Assembly: GCA_025201805.1 (NCBI GenBank) | Contig: MU619294.1 | Coordinates: 102,072 to 166,071 of the forward strand | Length of the DNA: 64,000 bases | Reading direction: 5' to 3' | Source: Parasitella parasitica NRRL 2501 | Taxonomy: Eukaryota > Fungi > Mucoromycota | Shown here: piece by piece, positions 22,875 to 36,165 of the stretch | Numbering within the stretch: position 1 is the stretch's first letter | Layout of the letters: each line of letters opens with the position of its first letter | Position numbers and translations under genes: made by a program | Notes under the pieces: model-generated | What the model was told of the DNA's origin: nothing | Database searches by the model: none | Seen by the model: only the letters and a program-made list of their open reading frames with translations

Positions 22875-25586
22875 TCAAGCGCTTTTCATGAAATTGCTGG
22901 GGATAGAGGCAGCCGTAGACCAGGTTTGTCTGTATTCGTCGTAAACAGCACCAAACCACCATGATTCCTGCGCCACATCAGCTTCAAGAATACCCATTAA
23001 ATTGTTTGCTTTGAATGTGAGTTCATCATCTTGGCCATCATAATCATACTTTGCACGAGCTGTATGTTTAATCGAGTTTAGTAAATCAAACAATGTAAAT
23101 CGCAAAGTTTATACTAACCCCAGAATCGAATTGGCCTTCGATCTGCGTATTGTGATGGCCTTGATGGTATGGGATGGGTCCCATTTGTGGGCGGTGGCAG
23201 AACACCACCGGGAGAAACGCTTCTTAAAGTAGCATACGACATGGATGGAGATAGCTCGAGATTGGTAGATATGGGCGGCGGTAATGTACCTCTTAGTGAT
23301 TGCATGGGCTGCATCATGGGCGAATGAATCGGCGGTATCATGGATGAATGCATTGGTTGCATCATGGGTGAGTGCATTGGCTGCATCATGGGCGAATGCA
23401 TTGGTTGCATCATGGGTGAATGCATAGGTTGCATCATAGGCGAGTGTATTGGCTGCATCATTGGGGACCTCATAGGCTGCATCATTGGAGACTTCATAGG
23501 CTGTATCATGGGCGAGCGAGTTGGTTGGAATTGCTGCGGATGAGAGCTCTGTTGATATCCGAGATTGTGGTCTGGTGAATTTTGCTGCTGTGCTGGCGAA
23601 CTATACAAGCTATTTTGAACGTCTCTGAATATCTGTTGCGCCGGAGGCCGTGGTGATTTTGGAGCAGTTACTGGGGGCGTTAGCGGCTCAGGTGTAGAGC
23701 GCAGTGATGTATTTGTAGAGTAAGTCTCTGATGGTTCTTGCGCATCATGATTTGTTCTATGGGCGAGTCGTCTAGATGGAATGGAGCCAGCATCAGGTTT
23801 ATACTCGGATGGCTGTCTCCTGGACTTTGCTTGATCACTGACAACGGCGTTAGGGTGTGGAACACTTTTGGCATCTTCAGTTACAGTGGATTTTGGTTTT
23901 TCAAATGATTTCAAAAGAATATCCAAGGAACCAGAGGCTTCAGGTTTGTATGCAGGATTGTCTCCTCTGGTTGAAGAATACGCTGGATTTTGTGGCTCCA
24001 CTTTACTTTGTTGGCGAGTCAAAGACATTTCGCCCCAAGCTTGCTTCATTAATGACTCATCAAGCGGCTTTCTTTTGATCTGACCTCGACTGGCAGTGCT
24101 TTCCATATTTTTGCTTACATGTCCTTTGATTTGATTATTAAATCCGTTTCTTGATGTGAGAGTATTTCTCTTCTCGTCTGTTGTTGAGGCGGTAGATGCT
24201 TCACTCAATTGTTGTTGCTGCTTCTTTTTCGCACCTTCCAATTCATTCTTCTTCAAAGACTCTTGCTTACTTTTTTGTCTTGGGTCTATACTCACTTTCT
24301 CTGCAACGTTCTCCTCTTGTTCCTGAGCATGTTGATCTTTTTGTGCAGACTTTGACACCTGTTTTAACTGCGACTGTACGCCTTGCTGACGGGCTGATTT
24401 TGATGGCGGCTTTGGAGGATTGTTTTCAATAGAAGTTCTTTCTGCTTGATTCTTCTTCTTTTGTTCTCCCCACAACTCGTCCACATACTCTTTCGTGGCT
24501 ATAAATAACACATCTAAGTACGCTTACAGTCTGCTACATTAAATATTGTCTTACTTGGGATTTCGGTGCCTGTGGCGAATAGTGATATACATTTTTCAAT
24601 CTCTTGGTCAACATGGCATTTTTCTAATTGTTGGCGAATATTTTCACAGCACTATTGCAAAAAAAAAAAAAAAAAAACTCCCCATTAGGACAATGCCAAC
24701 AATATTCGATATATTCATCGTAGTACCTCGTCTTGAATAAGCAGCGTAGCTGACACTTGGTTTGCATAATCCCATACATTACACTTTAAAAACTCGACTC
24801 GATCTTTTTCCATGGCCTCCATAACCTATTTATTTATATTAATGCTGAATTTATGCTTGAGAGTAGAAAAGCCACGTTACCTCACAAGCTTCTTCCCAAG
24901 CTGAATTCCATTCTTGAGCAATTTCATTGACCTTAATCGCCATATCCTTATACTCATTTTCTATGGTCGTGCAAAGAAAACTGTTTAGTATTATCTTTTT
25001 TTTCATTCTTGGCAAAACTTACTCAAAGCTTCCAGAGTAGGAGTGGATTTCCCTTTTGAGATGTCGTGCTCTTTTGTATATTGAGCTCTAACCTAGGAAA
25101 GAAGATGCTTGCTGTGAGTGCCATTTCTCTCTTTGCATGCATATAAATGTCTACCTTGAGCAACTGGAGAATCTTTTCCTTTCGATGCTGATATAATTCA
25201 TTCAGAGATGCTGTCCATTTTGATAATAACTCTCTATATTCTGTCAGCTTGGTGTGACATTTAGCAGCGACTTGGGTCGCTAATGCATCAGATAGATCCA
25301 AATGAGTTGTCGCCGTCCTGTTCAATTCTGCTGAAACTGCACCGTAAGCAGCGGACACACCCCCAGCATCCTCTTGTCCTTTATTTTTGCTATACAACTG
25401 CAATAATTTTTCTCCAAATTCGCTTTCCAAAATTGATCTTTGAACATAAATTTCGTGAATCATTTCGAGGTCTTGGTGCGTCGAGTTCATGTAGTTCAAA
25501 AGTGTCTCCATTCCTGATTTATCCTTTGACCAAAAATGATCAATAAAAGATGCTTGTTCCTCTTGCTGTTGAACGTTTGGAGGCAT
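22875..25586 (-). CDS. F-BAR/SH3 protein (Cdc15/Hof1/PSTPIP-like)
   Basis: N-terminal SFIDHFWSKDKSGMETL...QRSILESEFGEKL (FCH/F-BAR), a long S/P/Q-rich linker, and a C-terminal SH3 (ARAKYDYDGQDDELTF...SWWFG...IPSNFM). Confidence 0.85.
23300..23515 (-). repeat. Coding tandem repeat, 9 x 24 bp encoding SPMMQPM(H/R/K/Q)
   Basis: Nine octapeptide units in the linker of the F-BAR protein, with synonymous variation between units. Confidence 0.95.
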
Positions 25587-25743
25587 TTTGTGATTTACTG
25601 GAAGAAAAAAAGAGAGAATAGTAAAACGAATCAAGTTAAATATGTCGTAAATGAAAACAAAAGGCTATATTTGGACAAAGGTGATACTAGCATAGCTTAA
25701 TTTGGACAATGAAAAATAATGTTTTAATATTATATGAATACAT

Positions 25744-26429
25744 TCAAGGATTATTATTAGAATTATTATTATTTGGCGTATTATTGCCCTGCTGTTGTTG
25801 GAAATTCATCATATTGTTCCTCTGTTGAGCTGCTGCTGCCGCCGCCGCCGCCTGTTGTTGGAATTGTAAATTCATTTGAAATTGTTGTAGTCCCTGAGGT
25901 TGTTGTCCTAGCAATGCCGCTGCACTGATATTAGGCGTACCAGCTCCAGGGGCCGTCGATAAACCGGGCGTACCTGGTGTTGCTGTTGCTGCCGCTTGCT
26001 GTTGAGCTGCTGCTGCTTGCAATGCTGCTGAATTGATCATGTTTGGATTAAGTCCTGCCATCATCGCTGAACGATTCAAATCTTGTACATTACGCATCAT
26101 ACCACTATTTTGTCTCATTGCTTGGAGTGCTGCCAGCTGCTGTTGAGTTAGAGGTCCCTGTCCTCTTCCTCTTCCTCTCATTGCATTCAAGTTTCTTTGC
26201 ATCATCAGTTGCTGAAGCATCTGTGCTTGCTGAGGATTGATCTGTGCATTAGCCGGCGAGCCCTGCTGCGTTACTTGTTGAGCTTGTTGCTGTGGTGTGC
26301 CTTGTTGGCTAGGTATTTGATGAGCAGATACTTGTGGAGTGCGTCCAGCTTGGGCAACAACACGAGCTTGTGCTTGTTGTAATGCCTGTTGTTGGGCTTG
26401 TTGCTGCGCTTGTAGCTGTGCTTGCTGCT

Positions 26430-26466
<37 letters not shown>

Positions 26467-27508
26467 CTGTTGATGATGATGAGCTTGGAGAATACCTTGC
26501 TGTAATTGCTGCAATTGTCTAATTTGAATTTGCAGTTCCTCAGGGGATATACTTCTTTGTTGGGCAAGCTGAGCTAAATGATTGCGACGTACCATCAGCA
26601 CGCCCATCTGTTGCTGATGTTGAGGGCTCATTTGAGCTAGTAACTGTGAAGCAGCGATGCTAGCCTGCGACTGTGCAGGGTTCTGAACTTGTTGCTGCTG
26701 TTGTTGCATCCTTTGCTGGACGGGCGATTGCTGATTAAACTGCTGCTGCTGCTGCTGCTGCTGCTGAACTTGCTGCAAAGCTTGCTGCTGCTGGGCGGCT
26801 GCTTGCTGTCTTTGTAAATTTCCAGAATTAGCCAACTGGCTAACCAACTGCTGAGCAGTAGCGAGGGGTATAGCACCTGTAGCAACTAATTGCTGGATTC
26901 TTTGTAACGAAGCCTGTGGGTTAATTTGACCATTACTTCCGCTCAAAGCTTGCTGAAGAGCAGCTTGTTGTATGCTTGACATTCCTGGTGGCTGTGTTTG
27001 TCCAGATGTCATGTTATTATTGACGTTTGTAGGTAACATGTTGGAGATTTGGGAAGTTGGAACTGATGTTTGGACAGCTCTTTGAGGTAAAGCCATGGAT
27101 TGCATAGAAGCTTGCTGCTGTTGCTGCTGTAACGCGGCCATATGCTGGGCTGATAATTGAGCTTGTGCCTGAGTAGGAGTTTGTTGTTGTGATTTTACCC
27201 CATTGCCAGGTAAAGCTAGTGATTGACGAGGTAAGGACGCAGATTGTTGTAAAGGTGTTGAATGAGATATCGTAGGTGTACTCAAATGTGATTGAGATGG
27301 CGTAGAAGCTCTTGATTGTGCTGCCTGTTGTTGTAATTGCTGCATATGGGCTTGAGATTGACTTTGAGCAAGAGCTTGGGCTTGGGCTTGTGCCTGTGCT
27401 TGTGCTTGTGCCTGTGCTTGTGCCTGTGCCTGAGCTTGAGCTTGAGCTTGAGCTTGAGCTTGAGCCTGTGCCTGAGCTTGAGCTTGAGCCTGGGCCTGAG
27501 CTTGAGCT

Positions 27509-27543
<35 letters not shown>

Positions 27544-27586
27544 TTGAGCCTGAGCCTGAGCTTGAGCCTGAGCCTGAGCTTGAGCT

Positions 27587-27621
<35 letters not shown>

Positions 27622-29515
27622 TTGAGCCTGAGCCTGAGCCTGAGCTTGAGCCTGAGCTTGAGATTGTACTTGGGCCTGTGATAAAGCATTTTGCTGCTGT
27701 TGTTGGGCCTGAGCTTGAGCCTGGGCCTGAGCCTGAGCAAGTAAAGCTCTTTGGTGTGGAGGAAGCATTGCAGCTTTTGCTTGCATAGCACGGTTTTGTT
27801 GAGCATGTAATTGTTGCAATTGGAAATTGGTAGCTTGTTGCTGTTGAGCCTGTTGACTTGTTTGATGCTGTATACTTGTAGGTATACGTGCTGAGGATGG
27901 TGATGGTGGAACAATATTGACGTTTGAATTATCACAAACGATTGTATTGAATTGACCATACGTTGATTTAAGATGAATAACATATGTTTTCATCAAGAAT
28001 TCAGGGCCAATGTTGAAGTCAATATTGCCTCCATTGACACTCGTATCATGTATGGTACCCCAACGAAAGATGCCGTCGTAATCCCCGTTATATACATAGA
28101 TATTAACAACTGTATACACTTTTTTGTCTGCTTCTGATCTTTCAAATCGAATGGTCCGTACACATTTTCTACCATCTGGTAGTAAAGGTGGCTCACTGAC
28201 GCTTTTTCTACCTTTCCCTTTTTTGATATCGATAGCTGACAATGGTTCTGATCCTTGTTTGCTTTTCTTTGTTCTCCAATCTTGCACAAACGATATTTTT
28301 CCAAAGCTTGGTTCGAAAGGAAATGCACGTTTTGCTCTCTGTGTGCGCATAAAATCTTGAGAATGATGTGGTATTCCATCCAAAAACTACTTACCGAATC
28401 CATCAATGTCATTAATTTATTATTCTCTGCCTTCTTTGCTAGTTTTTGTTCTCTTTCAACAGAATTGTATTTATATTTTCGCTTTGGTCTTCTCTTTCCA
28501 TTCGTAAATTCCAATGCGTTGCTAATACGAGTTACTTGAAATGTTGGATCTAAGCATAACGGCTCTTCTGTGGCAATCTATATTGGTAAAAAAAAAAAAG
28601 GGGGGGGGGAACAGTTTGTAAATTTTGTCGTTTATTCACGGATAAAACCTACAAGAATTTGTGCTTCGACTTGTAATGCGATGCTTTCTGTCCATGGAAA
28701 TCCCCATTCCTCGCTCAATAAAGTGATGTCTGTCCATATACTTTCTGCTGTGGGTTTCATTACAATTCGTTTCATAGATGCTTCGTTTTTCTGAACTCGA
28801 TGATCGTGGATTTCAACAATCAAACAACCTAATGCTCACATGAGTAAAGCTTTCTTGAATGTGCGCGAGTTTGGACTCTTTTTACCATCGTAATATCGAC
28901 ATGACGCTTCATCAAAAACATCCATCAAGTCACCAGGTAATCGTTTCTCTTTGATACAGGCCAGAAAATCCTAATGAAATCAATTTAGTCACGTTAGATC
29001 CAATATAAAATATAGTATACCAACCTTGAACTGGCTTTTGTATGAAAAGAAGCCATCCTAAAGCAAAAAGAGACTCGATCAGAAAAACTGGCATTTGGTA
29101 ACCATCATTCGCACAAACCTCATGCTCAAATTTGAAATATGTTGGATATAAATGAAGGCAGAGAGACGGAGGATCTTTTTCATGGAGTTTAAGTAATTCT
29201 GTTTGTACATTGTTTAGTTATGAGTTTCTTGTCATCCTTATTGAACAATCAATTACCTTTCTCGCCTCTGGAAGGCGGAAACTTTGGTAAACAAAAGTTA
29301 GTTGGCATAATATTACACAATAAACCTTCATTTACTTTGTTTTGTGTTGCTTGTGATGTTAGAGCTGATTGATGCCATCGCTGTGCAGCTAGGCCCGCCT
29401 TTTTTGCAAGCGAAGAATTGGATAAATTGGAGCCTTGCTTCGAATGAAGTTCTGCTAATTGTGCAATCGAGTTTTGGTCTGCTTGAAGTTTGGCAAACAC
29501 TTTAGCAGAAGCCAT
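25744..29515 (-). CDS. SPT20: SAGA subunit Spt20 with a very long Q/QA-rich C-terminus
   Basis: [17 protein letters not shown]...[38 protein letters not shown]...[14 protein letters not shown]...VEAQIL...[11 protein letters not shown] (Spt20 domain). Confidence 0.88.
27373..27660 (-). repeat. Hexamer coding repeat encoding (QA)48
   Basis: 288 nt of CA(A/G)GC(T/A/C) units uninterrupted at protein level. PolyQ CAG/CAA tracts also occur at ~26420-26470 and ~26740-26765. Confidence 0.95.
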
Positions 29516-29763
29516 ATTTAATTATTTAATTATTTCTATTGAGTTGAAGAGAGCAGATGTTGATACTAGCTTTGTAGTGAAATAGAGTCCTCTCCCCTCG
29601 CAATTATTTATAGTCAATATTTTACAAGTGTATAATAATAACAAAAAGCAAAAGTAGCGGTGAATGGAGACGAGTGGTAGCGAGGATGGATCGAATATCA
29701 CGTGATCTACAGAAGACCAGTTACTTGAACAACAACAAAAACGTAAAAATAAAGGTATTTATA

Positions 29764-30986
29764 TTATTGTTTAGGATTATCATATTTGGGTTTCCAAATC
29801 CAACTATTGCCCATAATGCCTTGGCCTTGTTTGTCAGCTTTGCGATAATATTTCGCTGCCAAGTATAAATCTTTCTTGGTACCTTGTCCATGGTAGTAAC
29901 AATGACCTAGATCATTTTGCGCATCTGGATCGCCCAGATCAGCAGCAATTTTGAAGAACTGCACTGCAGATTCTTTATTTTTTTTGCACTACACAGAGCA
30001 AAAAAAAAAAAAAACGAAAAGAAAGATCAATTATGTGCAAGTATTAAAACATAATAGTTAAACTTACACCCCAACCATGTCTAAAAGAAACACCCAATTC
30101 ATAAATTGCCATGATAAGTTCGCCCTTGGAGGCCGATGCATTTACTGTATTTTTGATATTTGCTAAATCTTCAACTGCATGTTCTGCAGCCTTTTGTAAA
30201 TACTGAAAAGCAGCAAGCTCATTCTTTTTACATCCCTAATAACACAGTTTATATCGTTGTGTTGGTACTACATGTTGTAACCTACCCATCCATGTCGTAA
30301 AGAAACGCCATAAAGAAACATCCCAATAGGGTTTCCTTTCTCGGCTCCTATACGAAAAAGTTGCGTTGCTTTCTCTAGTTGGCCTTTTTCATGAAAAGCG
30401 ATTCCTTCGTGAACTAAGGCTTCTACTTCAGCATCAGGAGATAGCTTTTTGTCACTGCTAGTGTTAATAGGTGTCAAAGGTGAAGGAATTGATGCAGGCG
30501 AGACAATAGCATTTGAACCTCTTGTTTCTGAAGGTTGATCTATAGTTAGTGGAGGGAGGTTCAAATCAAACGGATGATGATTGTCTTGGTTGTAGTTACT
30601 TTGCTGTTGCTGATAGGTGTGGGTGAAGTAGTGAGGTTGATCTTGCTCAGAATGCTGATACGATGAGTTTGTTGATATTGTGCTGACAGGTTTAATTTCC
30701 ATGGTAGGTGTATTAAGTTCTGTATGTTTGCAAGTATATATATTAGTTTCTAATGTAAAAAAAATCATAAAAAAACTACTAGTAATATATTTACTCACCA
30801 TGATGTGTATCTCGAGAATATCCGGCTGTATTCATATCTGGATCGACTGAAGAATCTCGGTTAACATGATCCTATTTGCAAAGGATAATTAATATCGACA
30901 TTGTAACTGACATCTGAATAATCAAAACACACTTACCTGATGATCTATTCTTGCTTCCACACTATAATTTGAAATGTATTAGCCAT
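29764..30986 (-). CDS. Sel1/HCP-repeat protein (Dsf2/Nif1-like)
   Basis: GIAFHEKGQLEKA, LYGVSLRHGW/GCKKN, AIYELGVSFRHGWG, GDPDAQNDLGHCYYHGQG, GNSWIWKPKY. 5' exons and start are approximate. Confidence 0.8.
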
Positions 30987-32643
30987 CGTTTAGTGTGTCG
31001 TTAGCAGCATTATTTGCTTACTGTTGCGCCTTATGGAATTGAAGTGATAATTTCTTAAACATGGGAATAAGAAATATTTGTATGAAAGGATAGGAAGGGG
31101 ATTTATATAAAAATGTATAAAGGAAAGGAGTTTTTGAGTATAGGGAGGAAAAGGGATAAAGAAAAAGGGATGAAAATCAATGTTGTATATAACACTGTAC
31201 AATAATCACTTGGACATGTAATCAGCTTTAATTGATTAAACTTGCGAAAAACACCTATTTTTGGCGTATCACAACCGTTTCAATATGGGAGTTTCAATAT
31301 CCATAACAACAACAGCAGCACAGGTGTTTGTGTATACCTTAAAACAGTAATTTTCGACCCGCTGAAAATAACCTGGAATAAGGCATAAAGTCCAGGCACT
31401 TGATACGTCCAGGCACTTGGTATTAGCGATAAAATAGTCAAAGTTCTTCTTTGTTGACAAATAGATTCTACAAATACAAAACACAACACTAAATCAGCAA
31501 GCAAGGTCCAAATATGATGCCTTCTTAGCATTTGTCCGCCCCAAATATATCCACAAAGAGCTGCTTATATCCCACTTGTACTTCGCTACCCTATAAACAA
31601 TGGATGCACCAACCTGGATGCTACTAAAGTACCTTTTTAATTGTCTAAACGTTTTTCAATGGATGGATAAAGTAAATTTAAATCATCGATTCCAGCAATT
31701 CTTTGCGAGGGCAGAAAACGCTGATGAGCTCCAGAACTTGCAATTTTATAACAATGTCAATATATCAAGACAGAGATAGGTTACAATAAAGAAGAAACAA
31801 CGAAGATCATTCTAATGGTTATGAGGAAGTCGAATGCTGAGCAGTAATTCAGCAACAACACCGCAAGTAATATATGCATTACTCTGCGAGAAATGTATGA
31901 CATCGTACGGATCATAAATGATGCTTCAGCAGAGTTGCACTTTTGAAGAGACAAATCAAAAACATACATGATAACAAACGTGCGCTATGCCAAAAACTTG
32001 GAGATACCAAACATCTGATAGCTGGCCGTCCACATAGATGAATGTATTGAATAACACCTTCAAACAGTTTTTAAGGTACCCTACAACAACTAATCTTTAA
32101 ATAATTATCAATCAATTCTCTGCATGAGCCTTGGATATTACTTCTTTTACAGCTTAGATGTCAATATTCCATGACACGAATGTTCTATTATTTGCAAATA
32201 TTTGAAGGAATTCCTTCTGGTACATTTATAATATCACCGCTAAAATTAGTGAAGCGTTAAAATTGCAATATTATTACCGTTTTAGGGCTTATTCAAGCCT
32301 AGCATTGGCTTTTAGTCCTAAAACGTATTTTCCCCAGTTTAAAAGTTATACAATTAGATGAAAAATACGATAACTTAGAAAAAAAAAGTACTTGTAGTTA
32401 TAATGTTGTTGTTTTAATATTTTTTGTAGACAATGCTGAAATAGATTGCCTTAATCCAGCAAAAATCAAACACAAAGCGTGAACTGTCATCATCAGGAAA
32501 TCAGATTTTAGCTGGTAGCAACAGACTGTTTCTTGGAGCTTTTAAAATAGCTCCAACAATCGAAATTTGAATAAAGCCGTATACTATAGCATCAATATTA
32601 ATCTATTAGCTCCAAAAAAGGTTGCGGGTTTATTTTATGTACA

Positions 32644-35600
32644 TCAAGTGGAGAAAGACCAATTTTTCGGCCATCCCAAAAATAACTTTGGTGTCATGGA
32701 TGCCGATTCAGCTGACGTTCCCCGAGTGTTCTCGAGCCAAATATAATACTCTTCCACGACTTTCCTCAATTCAACTACAGCTTCTTTCGCATATACCTGT
32801 TTTGTGTGATCATATCTCCAACTATGTATAATCGAAGATAAGAAAGCTGACTGAGATGTATCTTGATCCGATTCTTCTTGCTGCGAAGAAAGAGGACCGT
32901 TTGAAGAAGGCGCACTGCATTCCTTCGTTGTTGTGTAAATTTCTCTGCTCACAATAGCCTCTTCTTTATAGATAGCATCAGTGTTACAAAAATCCTCATC
33001 AGTATCACCGTCTTCCAAAAATGTGGAAGTCTCTGTTGCTATACTTCCATTTGTATTGTGAAACAGCTTGGAAAGATCTTTTTTGTCAAATTTGATGGTC
33101 AAACTTTTTTTCTTCAGAGCCAAGAATTTAAAAGAGGTTGCTTTCTGGTAAAGGCTGCGACCTGGATTGCTTTTTTTCAATTGTGTTTTCACAAAGTTGC
33201 TAGCATGACACGGTGGCAATAATACAAGATTTGACGTAAAATGCGTCATAGGCTCCTCGAGAATAGTGGGGTTTGGTGGCTGGCTCTCTTGTTTGTCCTG
33301 AATACTAAAGTAATGCTTGTAAAATGACGCCATTAGAGTTTCCAGTTTAATATGTATCTCCCTACAGAATAATTAGTTTATTTAAAAGATTAGTACATCG
33401 GTCCCTTAATGATATAAACACTCGGCAATTACAATTCACACTGTTTGTCAACTTGTGTATTCTCCAAGGCGGAATTGTTTGAAGACCACCGCAACCAACA
33501 TTGATGGCCGTTGCAGACATTATGTCTTTTACTAACGTCATTTTCTTTGGTCTTGTTTGACAAATCTGTATTCCACAAAATATCCTCTGTGCTCCAGACT
33601 CGGCCAACACGCCATACCAAGCATCTCAGAAAGAAGATGCGAACATTCTTTCCCCAATGTAGCAAAAGGCGCTCTAGTATAAAAGTATTCATCAAGATGC
33701 GGTTGCACAACATGTCCAACAATCCAGGCTGTGCTGTGAGAAACTGGAAATGGGCGTATATGAAAGACAGTGCCCTAAGCAAAGTAATGGCATGATCACA
33801 TTGAGATAATACAACATTCAGCGTGTACAAAATAAAAGGGCGATCCACGGGAAAACAAGCTAGTTCGACTGGGAATCTACAACGTAGATGTGTACAGTTG
33901 GTTTGATTGCTTCTACCTTGTATCCATTTTATAACTTACTTTTGCACTTCCAATACAGTCTGTTCTAAAAGGTCTATTAAGCCTATAGTCAAAACACAGG
34001 TAAGCACCTTCTCATTTGAGACATTTGAATGGTTAGCGTACAAAATACTTGTTCTGCACTTGTCAACACCGTCTTCTTTATCACTGTCCGAAGCCAAATA
34101 TTCACCATGTCATTATAGAGCCCGTTTGGATCTGCCGCTATTGTGTTCCAGGTCATGCATTCTGCATAGCGTTTTGTTGCCACAGCTAATGGAGTAGGTT
34201 TCCCAACAACGCTAATGAATGCTGGTTTGCAATCGTCTGGTTCGTTGATCAATTGAACACTGTCCATGGCCGATAAGGTTGAAGGCACGAAGTTTGTACC
34301 GCTACTGCTGCTATTTATTCCTATCCCACCATTGGTGACGGAGCATATCTGCCTTTGCGTCAGTAGATGTAGCTTGCTTGCAAAATAAGACGCCAAGCAC
34401 ATGTAGCCAGGACAGACTGTAAGAATCAAGTTGCGTCTATGTATACGAAACCGTGACAAGTCAGGATATCTTGCTTTTATATATGTGCTGAGTATAACAT
34501 GGTAATGTCGATAAAACGAGAAGAACAGTTCACTATCATCGCTTTCCCATCTACGCTTCCAGTTCCCCGGTGTGCTCAATGGCAATTCAGAGTAATCCGC
34601 ACTGTTTACAAGGCAATCCTGATACGATCTTTTATCAGATGTTGCCATTTTATGTAGAAAGGAGGGAAATATGTGTTGTATTCCAGATCTGAGACGTTGT
34701 TGCTGCTGCTGGTATTCTTGTGATTCTGCATTTATCATCTCTTTCTGCAAGCTTTTCATGCATTTTAATGCCACACCTAGAGGTTGCAGCAATGAAATGG
34801 CGACTCCAGGTACCTTAAAATAGCAAATGGCTAGAACTTTTGCGCTGAATGAAACAAAGTTTGCATAGATCGATTTCTGGTTGAGTTTGTCTGTTGCCAC
34901 TTTCAAGGATTCAACGAGTAAGCGTCTGTACTCTTTTATCGCTGGTCGTTCCTGGAAATGAAGCCATTCAGCATGATGGAATGGGCCAACAAAATCTTGA
35001 AATGACAAAATAGAAATTTCGTCAATGAATTTGAAGCATATGCTGTCTGCATTTGACTTACCAAATTCTAAGAATTCATTTCTGTGGAGTAAAAGAGATA
35101 AATTAATTGTTTCTTTTCGATCTCCTTAATTCAGTAAGGTTTTGGGAGGGGCTCTCCTAGTTTNNNNNNNNNNNNNNNAAAAAAAAAAGTAATTTACCTT
35201 GCCATGATTTCCAGAATAAATTCAAAATACAGGCTCTTTTCATCTTGGGCTATTTTAGAAGCACCGTGTAATAGCAATCTCCACCTAGAAAATGGTTGAT
35301 AAGCATAGTGTATCGACAGTGTGTGTGGCTCGTGTGCTCGTAAATTACCATTTCAACAAGATGCTTCGGCCAGCGTCCAGTCTCTTGTTCTCTTTTGCTA
35401 CATCTTTCAGCCCCCAAAACGAATATGCAGATTCTTCTGCTGCATCTTGTGATTCTTGAAAATAAACCTCATTTGAATTCGTACGGAACCAAAGTGCTAC
35501 CTCCACTTTTAAGATGTCTTTTCTGTGTTTAGGTTTTCTTTGAAATCTTTTGTGTTTATAGAATTTGCAATAAATCAAGAATGGTTAGTTATATGTATAT

Positions 35601-35980
35601 AAATATAGCACAAAACAAACATCATCTGTGCATGTATCCACATATTATACAACAATAATATATGCTCTGTGCTATCAAGCTTGAATGGTGATTGTGGCTT
35701 ACTTTAGCAATAGTTTTCGAAGCGTAGAGTATTCCGGGATGGCGACAGGCTGTTTGGCACGGATAATAGGGTTGTTTGATGTAAAACATGAAGAGTCGTT
35801 GTTGCAAACAGTGGATGAAGATGAGATGGATGTTATTGTGTCAGAGGAAGATGAAACAGACGCATTGCGTCCTTCGTCGTTTCTTTTGGTGAATAATGGC
35901 AGCAGAGTCTTTAAGGGGCGCTTCGGTGTCGTGGCATTTCCATTCGTATGTAAAAGTAATTGGCAGGCTGGCTCCTTCAT
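32644..35980 (-). CDS. DUF1765-like fungal protein, multi-exon
   Basis: WKRRWESDDSELFFSFYRHYH, AKVLAICYFKVPGVA, LLRALSFIYAHF, LLLHWGKNVRIFFLRCLVWRVGR. Ends approximate; an assembly gap lies in an intron. Confidence 0.7.
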
Positions 35981-36165
35981 ATCGCACGAAGTTTACAGAG
36001 AAAAAGCGTAAAAGAAAGCACAAGTCGAAAATTTCTCTTTATTTATACTAGTTTTTTACTGCTACGATTTGTATGCATAGAAAAAAAAAAAAAAAGAGCA
36101 GATATATAATATACCCCCTAGCGAGATAATGATATCAAGCTAAGCAGTTTTTGTATGTACATAGC

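Noticed and set aside
23340-23543. Plus-strand ORF with repeated CIGCIMGE (ferredoxin/metallothionein-like CxxC)
   Set aside because: It is the antisense reading of the SPMMQPMH coding repeat and has no independent gene structure.
27373-27660. Possible CRISPR-like or telomeric repeat array
   Set aside because: No spacers; a hexamer coding repeat in frame within a gene.
27282-27983. ORFs with PE, LS/LC and LR/LK dipeptide repeats
   Set aside because: Alternative frames and strands of the (QA)48 hexamer repeat in SPT20.
32533-32556. Hairpin TTGGAGCT-N8-AGCTCCAA
   Set aside because: An 8-bp stem is compatible with chance, and no associated element was found.
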